A stretch of DNA of 63,356 bases, filler included, from Octopus bimaculoides (Eukaryota), in NCBI RefSeq assembly GCF_001194135.2. It is 4 parts of 4 records of this genome, joined end to end, with 100 filler letters (N's around TTAATTAATTAA, not from the genome) between each part and the next. Parts side by side here need not be neighbours in the genome. Positions count along the whole stretch, not along the records: positions 1 to 29,362 come from NC_068984.1; 3 more parts are not named here. One strand, given 5' to 3'. Below the pieces are notes generated by a model. It was not told the DNA's origin and searched no databases. It was given only the letters and a program-made list of their open reading frames with translations. Shown here piece by piece: positions 11,867-24,373 of the stretch. The translations under genes were made by a program, and so were the position numbers. The first letter of the stretch is position 1, and each line of letters begins with the position of its first letter.

Positions 11867-14800
11867 ATATACATACTCATATAAATATACAGAGTGTTCC
11901 GCATAAATTCAATAGTTTGCATAAAACGTAGAACGTATAAAAAAAGTAGTTTAAATGATCGAGAGTATATCAGCTAAATTATGACTAGAAGACATCAGCT
12001 CACCTAAAGTAACTGCCATCAGCTTCCGCTACGACCAGAATGTGACTCCGGAATTTAGCTTACGTTCCTCACTATATCCCTAGAATAATCTTCGCACACC
12101 TCCTTAATCATTTTGGTACCGGCTGGAATTATCATGAAACAGTAATACAAATTGTCGAATTTATTCTGATCTACCCCAAATCTCTGTCAGAGTGTCCGAA
12201 TAAGTGTAGTTAAAACCGGCTAGTTTATATTGGTATCGAGTCGTATAAGTTATCATAATGACCTTATAGTGTTATTTTGAAATAATTCAATAATACGTAC
12301 ATTTCCAGTGTGCGTAATATATAGTACGAAATATATCCATTGCGTAAATCTGAAGTGTGTGTATTAAAGGATTTCAAAAATTACCACTGTCTGGTTTGAC
12401 TTATTATAGATTTAGTGACGATGCTGGAAGCTCTCTAGCTATGTTGCTTTCGATGTTTGACTATCTGTGTGAACAGGAAACTGTTAAGCAATGATATCGC
12501 CCCTTCTTTCTCACATCCATTCAGTCAGCTGAATAACATTCTGCTTACTGTATTAACTTGATAACATATTGGATAATGTGTGTCTGACTAAAAAAGAGTT
12601 TCGAAGCATCTACATTATCATAAGACTATCTCAGTTTCGTTGGATGAGCCCGTTAATATATTGCTCGTAATCGAGACTATTAGTTAAAACATTATCGCAG
12701 ATATACTAAGACGAAATGCATAATTTAGAACATTATAGCATTGTGCGCTAGCTATTTTAAGGGATATTGTGCTACTTTAATCACTGACTCATCTTCATTC
12801 ATGTTGCTCTATGTTTCCTGTTGTATTCATTATATACGTTAGACTGCTCTGGTGATTATGTCAACATCCAGCACTCATGTAGTCCATTGTTAACATACCC
12901 AACAAAACTAAGAGCATCTATCTAAACAATTAATCTTAATTTATTCAGAGTATCTACTTTTTCTAGCCATACAGAAATCTTTGTAGCATATATTTAATAT
13001 CAATGTATTTTATGGGATATTCAATGACTCAGTTATCTCTTTAGTACATATAAACTTAATTAAACAGCTAAGTAAAAACTTCAAGATGACATGCATATAA
13101 AAGTTAATAAATGAAGCGACAACTATAAATACTTTTTTTTTTCATCTAAAGTTACGAAAATATTTATAGGAAACTATACGCACAAAAGAAATCGAAAAAA
13201 AAAAAAAAAGAAGCCGAACACTAAAGTGATATAAAACGCAGCAGAGAAATCAATTACCATGATAGCACGTATAATAGTTACGATACTTTCATAGATGAAA
13301 TGTTCAAGTCCCTCGATAAGAGATATTCCAGACTAGATATTACTTGATGTCAGATTCCAACAAAATATAATTGATTCATTTACTGATCTCTTTCCCATGA
13401 TCTCCCAGGCTTCTAAAAGGAATATTAGTTTGTTTTTTTTTTTTTAATGTAGCCATTATTCATTATGATATACACAGTTTACTTAATTAAAATATAGACA
13501 ATAAATATATCAACACACGGTTTTATATAATATCATTGACGTACATACATAAGAATAGATGGAGAGATGACACAGTTATATATGGATAGATTTCTTGTGC
13601 ATATCTCCTAAACATGGTAAATAAAGGGATGTTCATGAATATGAATAGCAAGCCATCGATATTATTTCGTCATTAATAAGCTGTTGGAGTACTTGTATAA
13701 TTTTATTAAGCAAATAAATACTGAAAAGCTTTTGAATATTTCCGCATGAATGGCTACAGTTGCGAGAATTAAGGAAGATTGTGTTTTTGCAAAGATTGTA
13801 GTGGATGAAAAGGGATATAACATTGGATGGCTGTAAACAAGTATTTTCATCAAAATCTGCATAGCCCTTTTATTTTCACTCGCTTGTCGCTAGACGTATC
13901 GTTCTGCTATGGGTATTACATCGTTTACCCCATAATTTAAAAAAAACAACAACAAAAACAAAAAGAAAAACATATAAACAAACAAAAGGAGTACATTATT
14001 CATACCGTGTAGATGGTACGGGATTTTATTTATAAATAATCTATGTCACTCAATGACGTTTTTTCTTTTTTCATCCACCAGAACTTCAGGACAGAGTAAA
14101 TATGGAATCGCCCACGGCCCAATTGATTTTTTACTGCCGAGATAATAATTGCTAATTCGCAATACTTTGTGCAGTAACAATTTCAAGAAAATCTACATGC
14201 TGTGAACTTACGAAATATTTCTAACACGTATATCCGATCTGAAAATCGTGTAGGTCTATTTAGGGAATTGTGTAATGCAGTAATTCTTCTTTACCAATTT
14301 TTTTTATATTTCTACTTTATAAAACGGGTAATTCATGTCGACCCCATATTCTTTTCAAATTAACCTTGCTTTTTTAGCAGGCATTTTAATATTGTCATTG
14401 AAAGTGAGTAAGCGAATGTTCTCTATATGTTATTATGATTTTCTTTACAATGAAATATTATCATAAGAAAAAAGTTTCAAATTTTATATTGCGTAATTGG
14501 GTATCTACAGATGTACTGCCATGCACCATAGGTAGTTTCTAACTCTTATATCCGCCTCATTTATGGACTTGCCGTATGCACAAGTTTTCTACTTTTTTTT
14601 TTATTTATTATTTCGAATTCATCGAATTGCTGATATTGCTCCTTTTCCTTCTTTTTTTGCAAGTGTTACTTTACAAACTAAACCTGTGTTTCTAAGCTTT
14701 CATAATATCAGACACTGACATTGCCCTTCGAGATTACGAGAATGCCTCCTAATATAATATTTAAACTTTGTTTAGAGATTAACATATTACGGAGAATATG

Positions 14801-17800
14801 ATATGACAAATGAGATGTCTGGATTGTCACAACGAAATGTTATGAAGAGTACCTGACTTAGTAATATCAGTATTTTGCATATACGTATTCATCAGAATAT
14901 GAATATTGCACTCCAATATAGAAAATCCATTTGGTATAAACTAATACATTAAACGTATCGTTTCCATCATCTACATGAATTTTATTATCCTTTCTAAAGA
15001 ATAAAGTAACACATAGAAATTGATTAGAAAGATATACTGAATCCAAGTAATGCCTTTGTGAAAATTCTTTAAGCCACACAACTTCAGTGGATTTTGTTAT
15101 CATGTTTGTGCTCAAATAAAAAGCACGAGCAAAGAACTACGGCAGATCCATTTGTTTTCAAGCGTCGTAGAGAAAACAAACTTGAAAAGCATAAACGTGA
15201 ACACCAGGTGATATTTTGCGTCCGCAATACATAGACGAAAAGGTAAATTGTGCAAAAAAACAAACAAACAAAAAAAACATCTAATGCCATGAGTGTGCGC
15301 ATAAATTCAAAATGTAAAATGATTTGAAACTTTTGTTCAATGAGTTGTCCGTTTGGACTACTAGAATTTAATTTATCAACTAAGTAAATCATCCTTGGCC
15401 AAAATTTGAACTTTAAGCGAAATAAATTAAAAGAGAATAACAAATTTTATGGGGTGTATTCGTCTCATCTCACGCAAAGTTTTTGATGTGGAAAACAAGC
15501 AGAAACTGCAATGGACCAGTCTATCATCAACAGACATTTATACAGAAACAAGAGTAGAATATGTTACTCTGATAAATACAACTTTTCCTCAGGTCTCCTT
15601 TTCTATAGTTAGATATAATAGTTACGTCAGTATAATAACTAGTCTCCTTGAGATCTGCTTGTATTCTCACTCTTCTGTACTACCAGTCATAACACTTGAC
15701 ATTGTGTACACAGATTTAATTGGTTCCAGCGACAATTAACTTTTGCCGCACATCAGGCCATCAAAGATTACCAGTATCTTATATTATCAGCCGTCATATT
15801 TCTAACTCGTAGGAATTAAGAAGATCAGGTCATTTCTACACTTTGTCAAAAATATAAAATCGCTGATTCATGCAATATTAAAATATCGTCTACCAATACA
15901 GCTTTATGGAATTGGTATGAAATATAAGGTAAATTGAACGGACGGCTTTTAGCATGTTACCAAAAAAATGTCACTATTATGTAAGTAATTTTGTTCTGTA
16001 ATAGGTTTGTCTATAACATTGATTTTATGAGCCATATAGATATGATTTATTTAATTCACATTAACAACTGAATAATTTTCAAATATCATCCAGCTCAAGG
16101 GAGTTGTGTTTCGAAATAAGCTAACGTATTCTTGAAGAACCATGTAGATATAAAACTATTCGACAGTTAATACATAACACAGGCTGACGCAAATACCACA
16201 ACATACGTACACATGCAGACACACACACACACAGAGAGTCATATGCAGAGATACACGGAGAGAGGTACAGACATATGTACTATCCCATCCCCCTCTCTCT
16301 CTCTCTATATATATNNNNNNNNNNATATATATATATGTATGTATATATATGCATATATATACATCTACATACAGAAAAATATGTACTTAACTATCTGTCA
16401 ACTTATCTATAGCTATGTATATAAACACACCCATATGTTTACGTACATAGATACGAATATACACATATATGAATATACATCTATACATATATGTATATAC
16501 ATACATGCATATGTACATATACATGTATACTAGTGCGTATCTCATTCTATAACTGCTTGTAAGTCCCTCCTGGGAAATTTTTTGCCGTTATACATGTTTG
16601 CATGCTTGTGTATGCTTATGTACCTATATATACAAACATATATACAATTATATATATATATATATATAAACATATACATAAAAGTGTAAACGTGTATTCA
16701 TTTCAAATATAAGAATTATATAAATAGGTTGTCAAATGAAGTTATTCGAGATTCCGTTACTGAAGTAAATTGAATGAATACAGACGTTTATATTTATAGA
16801 GTATACATATTGGAATTGACGCCTATTCTTTAGTATCGCTACCATTCATTCAGAAACTAAGTTGTAACCGATTTAACAAAGCGTTTAATGCATATTTTGC
16901 GTTTTGCTTCTCCTATGAATGCTTTCGTTGATGATCGCTTTATTCTCAATATTTCGTAACTTGAGATACAAGGAACTTTTCTATGCCTTCATATAAATAG
17001 ACTATCTATACATAGATAAATGCAATCAATACAAAAGAATACATTGATTGACAGATTTTTATTGCATATGTACTTATATTAGCAAGTTTATAATATAACG
17101 ATAAACCTAGAATGATATATGTCTATCTCTGTATATCTGATTGTTGATCATTGGGTAACAATTGTATGTGAGACAGCAAGTATTGATACCATTGAACTAT
17201 ATTTGTTGCTCTAAAATATGAATGTATAAATATGCTGAAATCTACAAAAATGTACAATATGTGCCAAGTATAACACACAACCATTATTACTGTTTAGAAA
17301 GTCAACATAATACGGCAATCAGTTCCGTCAACATATATCAAGAAATCCATATGTCATGATAAACGGTTCAGTTTCGCTTTAGATGCCAATATTTCATATA
17401 CTGCAACGAATTCAACATTACAGACGATCAATTTTGCAATTGATAGTGCTTTTAAACAATTATTAATTAATGAAAGTAAATACATCTCTGAAAGCCTATG
17501 GAATTCATATATAGTATGAGGAACCTTTCAATCATCGCATAGCATAATACAGATTAACTGGTACGTGATTACAGGACATGTATTAAATAACGTCCCGTTT
17601 TACTTCAAATCATACCTCCTTATCGTTAAGAGAATGTAATGCACATTATTTATTTGTCATTGGAGTATACAATAAAATAATAACAATTTAGGCTGAAATA
17701 TCGTCTGTAGATTTGCAAGACAAAGTTATATATAAACTAGTTGAGTAATGGTATAATACATTGATCATAATGGAAATTGGTTTCGATTACAAACACAATA

Positions 17801-18888
17801 AACATAAAGTGATACTCAACATACATTAATAAATACAAAATATAATTTTAATAAAACGAAATCATGAAACAACATACGTACACACATGCATACATACAGC
17901 TAAGAAAACGTCTATTAAGTTCGAACAGTGATCCTCGCCATTGTGATCGTTTTCCAGTGGCATCATATTTCTAGCATTGTTATCCCCAAATCTGCACATC
18001 CAGAAGCTATCTACAGAAAACTACTGTGTAGGCACCGCTACGAAAAATCCGACAGCTTGGTGTTCTATATTTAAGAGATGAGGAATTATGTACATTATTT
18101 ACATTCGACGGATATTTGCCCTCATCTTGTTTGTTGTTAGCACAGCGTTTCGGCTGATATACCCTCCAGCCTTCATCAGGTTCAAAATTTCCCCAAGACA
18201 CCTGATCAGCTATACCCGATATATCAATATCTTCACCTGTCATACCAATGCGATGTTCGTCTACCCTTATTTTGAGGGAGTGGCATGTTTCGCCTTTGTA
18301 TAACCTACCACAGTTGCATGGGATGGAGTACACGCAGTCTTTGGTCATATTCTCTTCTATTTGTGGTTTTACTCGGTGATATTTGCGAAGTATTGTATTA
18401 CTCTTGAATACTGTCCTGATGTCATATTGGGCGCATATGACATCAGGAGAGTATTCAAGAGTAATACAAAACCTCGGAAATATATCCTTCGAGCAAAACC
18501 ACAAATAGAAGAAAATATGACCAAAGACTGCGTTGCTCCATCCCGTGCAGCTGTGGTAGGTTATACAAAGGCGAAACATGCCACTCCCTCATAATAAGGG
18601 TAGACGAACATCGCAAAACTGTGACGCGAGTAGATTTTGATAAATCGGTTATAGCTGATCATGTATGGGAAAATGGAGACCACCTCACCCTGTGGGATGA
18701 AGTTAAAACAATAGACAGAGAACAACACTGGAAAATACGAAAACTAAAAGAAGCAGCACATATGCTAGGACACAGCAACCTCCCAAGCACACCGAGTGCA
18801 GATATGAGTAGCATATGGGAACCGGCATTAAGGAAGGATAGAAAAATATTAGATTTATAAGCCCTAAAATGCACTCTATAAATGCCTA

Positions 18889-18962
18889 CGGGCATATGGC
18901 GTAGTGGTTAAGAGCGCAGCGTTACTAACCCAAGATTCCGAATTCGATTCCAAGCGGTGACC
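18889..18962 (+). promoter_or_regulatory. tRNA-like Pol III internal promoter (A and B boxes) directly 3' of the PLE endonuclease stop
   Basis: A box TGGCGTAGTGG 18897-18907, anticodon-like arm, B box aATTCGATTCC 18941-18951 (one mismatch to GTTCGATTCC). Confidence 0.7.
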
Positions 18963-19039
18963 TAAACAATAACAATAATAATAATAAAATAATAATATCG
19001 AAAAATCTTTAGGAATGAGAACGCAGGTTCGAAATTTCC

Positions 19040-19140
19040 CCAAGATACCTGAAGAAGCCTGGAGGGTATATCAGCCGAATCTTTGTGTTAACAACAAACA
19101 AGATGAGGACAAATATCTGTCGAATGTAAATAATGAAAAT
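19040..19140 (+). ncRNA. pLTR tail with degenerate minimal hammerhead (copy 3 of 3)
   Basis: agatac CTGAAGAA GcCTG GAGGGTATAT CAGCC GAAt ctt tgtgtt aacaacaaacaagatgaggacaaatatctgtcgaatgtaaataatg; core substitutions suggest this copy is inactive. Confidence 0.6.
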
Positions 19141-19599
19141 AAGGTTGGTGCATGTTACACAGTTTTAGAAAAGTTCCAAAGTTTTATTAATAATCAGTCT
19201 TAAAAAAGATCAAATTTGATACTTAAGAAAAGTTATTCCGAGATGATTGTGTAGATCCTTTATATCTTCACATTTTGTGTGAAGAAATATGAATTTAAAT
19301 GCAACATATAGTAAGCATAACATCGTAAAATTGTTGTGTTTCTCGTCACTAGGGTTGTGTTTTGTCTTGGAGGTTCTCTTAACGACATTATTCAACGACC
19401 CCTTTTGGTATCGTCTTCGTCATTACAAGATTTTTTGGTATTGCTATTTATCACCAGAACAAATAATCTCCGAGCCATCAGGTCAGCTCTTAGAACAAAA
19501 GTCAAGGCAAACATTTGCACTCTAGGCAAAGAAAACTGCATAATCTGCTCCAGCTGATTTTTTTCTTTTTGTTTTACAATGATTTCTGGAAGTTATCGA

Positions 19600-21985
19600 T
19601 AGGCCACAGCCCGAGAGTCCTCCCGAACAAACCAGCTAGCTCGTTCTTGTTTACACTCAGAGTCTCCCCGAGAACAACGTCGCACTTATGCGCCACTAAT
19701 CTTCTTTAGAACGCAAGAGTGGAACTTCTACCGACTGCATTGCCCGACTGACAGAAGACAGTGTGCGCCTGACGATACTCTAGCTTCATTAGCCAACGCT
19801 TGGCAAAGAAAAGAGCTGTGGAAAATTCTCTCTGACAAACGGTGACGAACACCTGCTCAGTGTCCAAGAAATTCTGGTGATGCCTCAGCCTCAGTGTATG
19901 TCGCTGGACTGCAGGCCCACTGACTTTTCTTGGCTAATTTTTGCTCCTATCAATACCTCGTGTTCTTTTACAGAAATGCCGAGTTGGTCAATGTGCCTGA
20001 TGTTCGACATAAAGACAGTGATGTTTGCATATTCCAACACGGTTTTACCATGTCCTAGTTCGCGTGGGATGTCTCTCAACGTTTCCAATTTCGGCAGTAG
20101 TTGCTCTACAGCCAGTACAAACAGAAGAGATAAAAGCGGAAACCCTTCACCGAACGAAAGCACAATGATGAATGGTTCTGATGCATAACAATTCACCGGA
20201 ACTACCGAACATATGTCGAAGAACATTGCAGCAATCTAGCCACAGAAAACATTATCCAAGCTGGCCACCAAAGTGTGGTGGTCGACCATATCGAAGGTTT
20301 TAGACTCATCCAAATTGGTCAGGGCCTCACCCATGACAGCTTTTTGCTCACCCTATCTATGGTGAAAATCATAAGACAGAGGCTATCGTGGATGGATCTG
20401 CTTTGGATTGTGCAAGTTTGCGCATCATCAACCAGTTATTCGAGCTATCCTCCTTGCCAACACCTGGACCAAAATTTTGAAATGTGCATTCAGCCGCATT
20501 ATGGACCCAAAACGTGACTCTAAATTGGCGTTCTAATCGCTCCAAGAAAAACCTCTAGATGCCTGAATCAGATTATCCTTGTTCTGTAGGAGCATAAATA
20601 GCCACCAGCCTGACGGTACATTGTCACTACTGATCACAGACAGCACAGAAAAAGCCTTCTGTATCCAGGAAGATATACCTTTTCTTGAGATCACGACCTC
20701 TCCTGAACAACACTGCAGTTCCATCCATCATTCCAGGTTGATATCGAGATAAATAGATTTTGTATCCACCGAAAATGAGTATGAACACTTGTCAGTCAGA
20801 GATTCTGATATCACTGATAGCTACTACATCTACACTTAGTGACCTGAGGTCGTTGAGCAGATGTTTTTATCATTTCCACGGCGACCCCTGGCACATGCAT
20901 TTATACTGCCTATCCTAGGGAAGGCCACGTCAGATTATGGAATAGGTTACAATGATTTTGTTGGCGTGGTGTTGATGGCCATTCCGTTCCCATGGTTATA
21001 TATGCTTGTTTCCACTATTAGTTCTTTATACAATCTTTTGTTGGTATTTCTCCTGAAAGCGCTTACTCCTTTAGGATATTTAGTTTTTATGGCGTTGTTT
21101 TGTGACGTTAAGATGGATTTTATGTGTTTTGATATGTTATTTGTTGGTGTAATAAAATCGGTGTGTGTCATGCCTGTATGGTTATATATGTTCCATCAAT
21201 TCTTTATTGTTAGTGTTTATTGCTGTGTAGTTAATGATGTTTGAAAGTTCTCGGTGTTGGAAATGTGCGATCTGAGAGTTATACGTGCGAAGTTGGTTGT
21301 GCTTGTGATGGTAGTGTCAATGAAAAAGAAAATAAAAAAAATATTATTTTTTTTACACATAACACGTGCAAACTCAACCATCTCCGCCAATACTACTGCC
21401 TAATACTACTTCTATCTACAGGCCTACAAATTACTTTACCGAGACACGACTTGCAAGACCCGTTGCTGTTTTCTCATGACCACATTGGGCACTTGTAAGC
21501 CAGTTAGAAGCAGAGTTGTGAGTCTTTCAAATCCCAGTATTCTATCGGCTAGTGCTGTCCCATCAGGCGTGTTTTCAACATAGACGGCGTTCCAATCGCT
21601 CACTAGCACTAAAGCGAGAGACGTCCCAAAGAAAACTTCAAGACATCTGAAGAAATCAGGCTGCCATTCGCTAATTGTGACGTACACAGCGACTAATCTA
21701 AAAGCACTACGTTCGTTACTGCTCATATTTAGGATCTCAAAATTATGTTCAGGAAATCTGTCCTTACCTCGCGATCCAGGCCATTCGAAAAAAAGAATCA
21801 CCTTCCCATATTAGGCCGACTAAATGATGCGAAGATGTCAATGTCATTGACAATAGATATCATATAGTTTGTGTCGGAAATTCCGGTCTCGATGACGGCT
21901 GTCGCATCCATAGCTATTGACTTAAGGTTATGAGCAGGTGGCCTTGCTTCGTGAACTGTCTGAAGCCACGGACATTTATACAATT
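19600..21985 (-). mobile_element. Decayed Tx1/L1-superfamily LINE ORF2 (APE endonuclease + RT), with deletions and an unrelated insert at ~20930-21420
   Basis: APE: AVIETGISDT, SAFRLVAVYVT..QPDFFRCLEVFFGTSLALVLVSDWNAV; RT: FPLLSLLFVLAVEQLLPKLETLRDIP...VLEYANITVFMS...GAKISQEKSVGL. Confidence 0.8.
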
Positions 21986-22719
21986 CACTCTTAAATCCGT
22001 TTGTTCGGCTATTTATTGATTTAGTTAACTTGAAACCATCTAAAAGATATGAATATCAATAACAATGCAATCGGTATTAAAATGATCTTATTTTTGGTGA
22101 AACACTCTTAGCATATACCAGGTTCATGATTCTGCTACACTCATTACGTAAAAAGTTTTCTAATGCTAGATAGGCTTTGCGTAATTGGATTAAGTATCTT
22201 GAAATATTGCCATATATTATGAGTGTTCTTATTTGTATGTTCTTAAATATATATTCGTTCTTATTTCAGCATTATTTGCTTTGGTTCAAAAACGTAATGG
22301 AAAACTTCATGCCGACCAGACTACTTATCAACTGCAAAATTATATTCTGAACAAACCTGAATTATCAGATACAACAATATGCAACTTAGATATTTCCAGA
22401 TCGAGTTTCCTTAGACAAATAGCAAGGTAAATGACAAGACATTGCATTTTGGTAATGGTTTTAGTAGAAGCTAATAGATTATCTATATATGCTTACACAG
22501 ATAAGCCCTGCGGAAATATTTGCAATATTCATTTATTTGTTGGATTATTTTGTTGATAAAAACTAAGTACCCAAACATAGTACATAATCAAAACTGTGGC
22601 ATGCTTCACTCCATGTCGATTACATATTTGGCAGGGATTGATCAAGAATATTTCCACTATGTAACTATCATAGAAAGTATTGGGAAAATACACTTGTGCT
22701 AAACTGTGCCTCTACAATC

Positions 22720-24300
22720 ATTGCTCCTTGATATTTGTCGGTCGTGTGCTACGTGTTCACCCTGTTTGCTTTACCACAAACTCCTTGTATCCTATTCCAG
22801 TCTTTACTTCTGCATCTAGTCTCATTACTTCTGCATCTAGTCTCATTACTTCTGCATCACTGGTCTCATTACATATATTGTTATCTAATTTCTTTCTAAC
22901 TCCCCTGTATACCCGAACCCTATCTTCTTGTCATATCCAGAGAAATACATGCAGTACATGAAGTTTTGTACTTGTTACTTTGTTTCATAGGTGGGGATAC
23001 GTTGTTCATTATCCAAAGTCTGCTATCAGTATGTTGATTTTTATGTTGTGTGAACATATTTAGAAGCTATGAATTTCATGTAATAAGAATGGAGGAGCTG
23101 CACTTTGTTTTTCACAGTCTCTAACTAAAGTTCAGTATCAAGGACAAAGAATTTATTTTAGGGTGTCTTGTGGGATAATCTACAGTTGCCTAGATACTTT
23201 GATGGATGGAGTTACCTACGAGCTGGATGCTCTCCATTATGCACCTCTCGGTTTCTATATTACAGTTACTAATTTCTTTTTCTATTTGAATATTAATGTC
23301 ATGAACATACCTACAGTAAAACAAAACAGTTGCGGATTGTCCTGCTAAGGATTGTTTAACTTTTCTGTCCCACCATGTCATGAAGAGGCAGGCCACATCT
23401 CTTTCCACACCGACTTCAATGGCTGCACCTTGAACCTGCGTGTATAATTTCCTGTTAAACTTTATTATGTGGCAAGTGCAAACATTCTTTTCATTTGATT
23501 GTTCTCAGGGTCCTGGGTGAGTATGGTATAGCCACTCCAGCGCTGTGCTCGGTGATGCTTTTCTTCACAGCCGAGGTGATGGTGGGTGGTCTCCCTCTCT
23601 GTAACCTGGTGAGGCAGAATCTACTAAGATCATGTTTGTCTAGGTAGTTACAGTCCTAGCTGAGTTTAAGGAGAAGGCAGTTACCTCGTGTTAACTTCAC
23701 AGAATTCTCCTTCCCTCTCACAGATAATCTGAATGCATTTTTCCACACCGAACTCTGTGTCTAAAGATGAGTAGAGTAACACTACATCCATAATACCCAC
23801 TACACAACCTGTGAGGTTTGTCGAGTAGTTACAACTACTGATTCTACTGAAGAGATCCTACCTGCTCCAGCTCACAGACACACATTTGGGAGCAACTCGA
23901 TGAGTGGTCGTAACACTTGTGAGAGAATGTAGGATAGGCTATAGTTGCTGTAGATATTCGTTCCACAAACTGGCCGGGTTGGGGGTCCCATGACAAGGTT
24001 TACGTAGGGTTTATGGTCCTTACGTAACCAGTATAGCGTAGGAACATAGTTGTTGAATGCTTGGAAATTTTGTGCAGTCCATTTCTTGGGTTGGAGTATG
24101 TTGCACCACATTCCCATGTGTGCATTGAAGAGTTTTTACACTCTTTCATGCGCCCGTAGTGCAACCTCTCTCATGCTACTGGTGTTTTGCGTTGTCTGGA
24201 CATAGTTCTGTGGGTTATCTATTGACAGTCTGCCAGATTTGTGCATAGGGAGGCACACTAATTCCCTGTTCCTAATTTGCTGTTGTGTACATACAAGTAA
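22720..24300 (-). mobile_element. Decayed Penelope-like RT (Naiad-like), 5' end abutting (CA)n
   Basis: ELVCLPMHKSGRLSIDNPQNY (TDKSG), VPTLYWLRKDHKP..MGPPTRPVCG, GIMDVVLLYSSLD, DVACLFMTWWDRKVK...YCRYVHDINI, SIQLVGNSIHQSI; clade assignment is from memory of motifs. Confidence 0.75.
22804..22870 (+). repeat. 21-bp tandem repeat x3
   Basis: ttacttctgcatctagtctca x2 plus a degenerate third unit. Confidence 0.9.
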
Positions 24301-24312
24301 GAATGTATATAT

Positions 24313-24373
<61 letters not shown>

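Larger units (their letters stand above)
18060..19140. mobile_element. 5'-truncated Penelope/Poseidon-type PLE with inverted 5' segment; GIY-YIG 3' part on +, inverted copy on -
   Basis: Combined reading KDCVYSIPCNCGRLYKGETCHSLKIRVDEHR...DKSVIADHVWENGDHLTLWDEVKTIDREQHWKIRKLKEAAHML = CxC + GIY-YIG (VYS-YKG) with HH; palindrome centre tcctgatgtcatat-tgggcgc-atatgacatcagga at ~18415-18449; pLTR/HHR tails point outward at both ends. Confidence 0.88.

Noticed and set aside
15449-15739. 96-aa ORF MGCIRLISRK...
   Set aside because: No recognisable motif or convincing splice sites; cannot be supported without homology or RNA data.
20930-21420. Insert interrupting the Tx1-like LINE with 127-aa and 74-aa ORFs
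   Set aside because: Compositionally biased (GT-rich) sequence without identifiable domain motifs.
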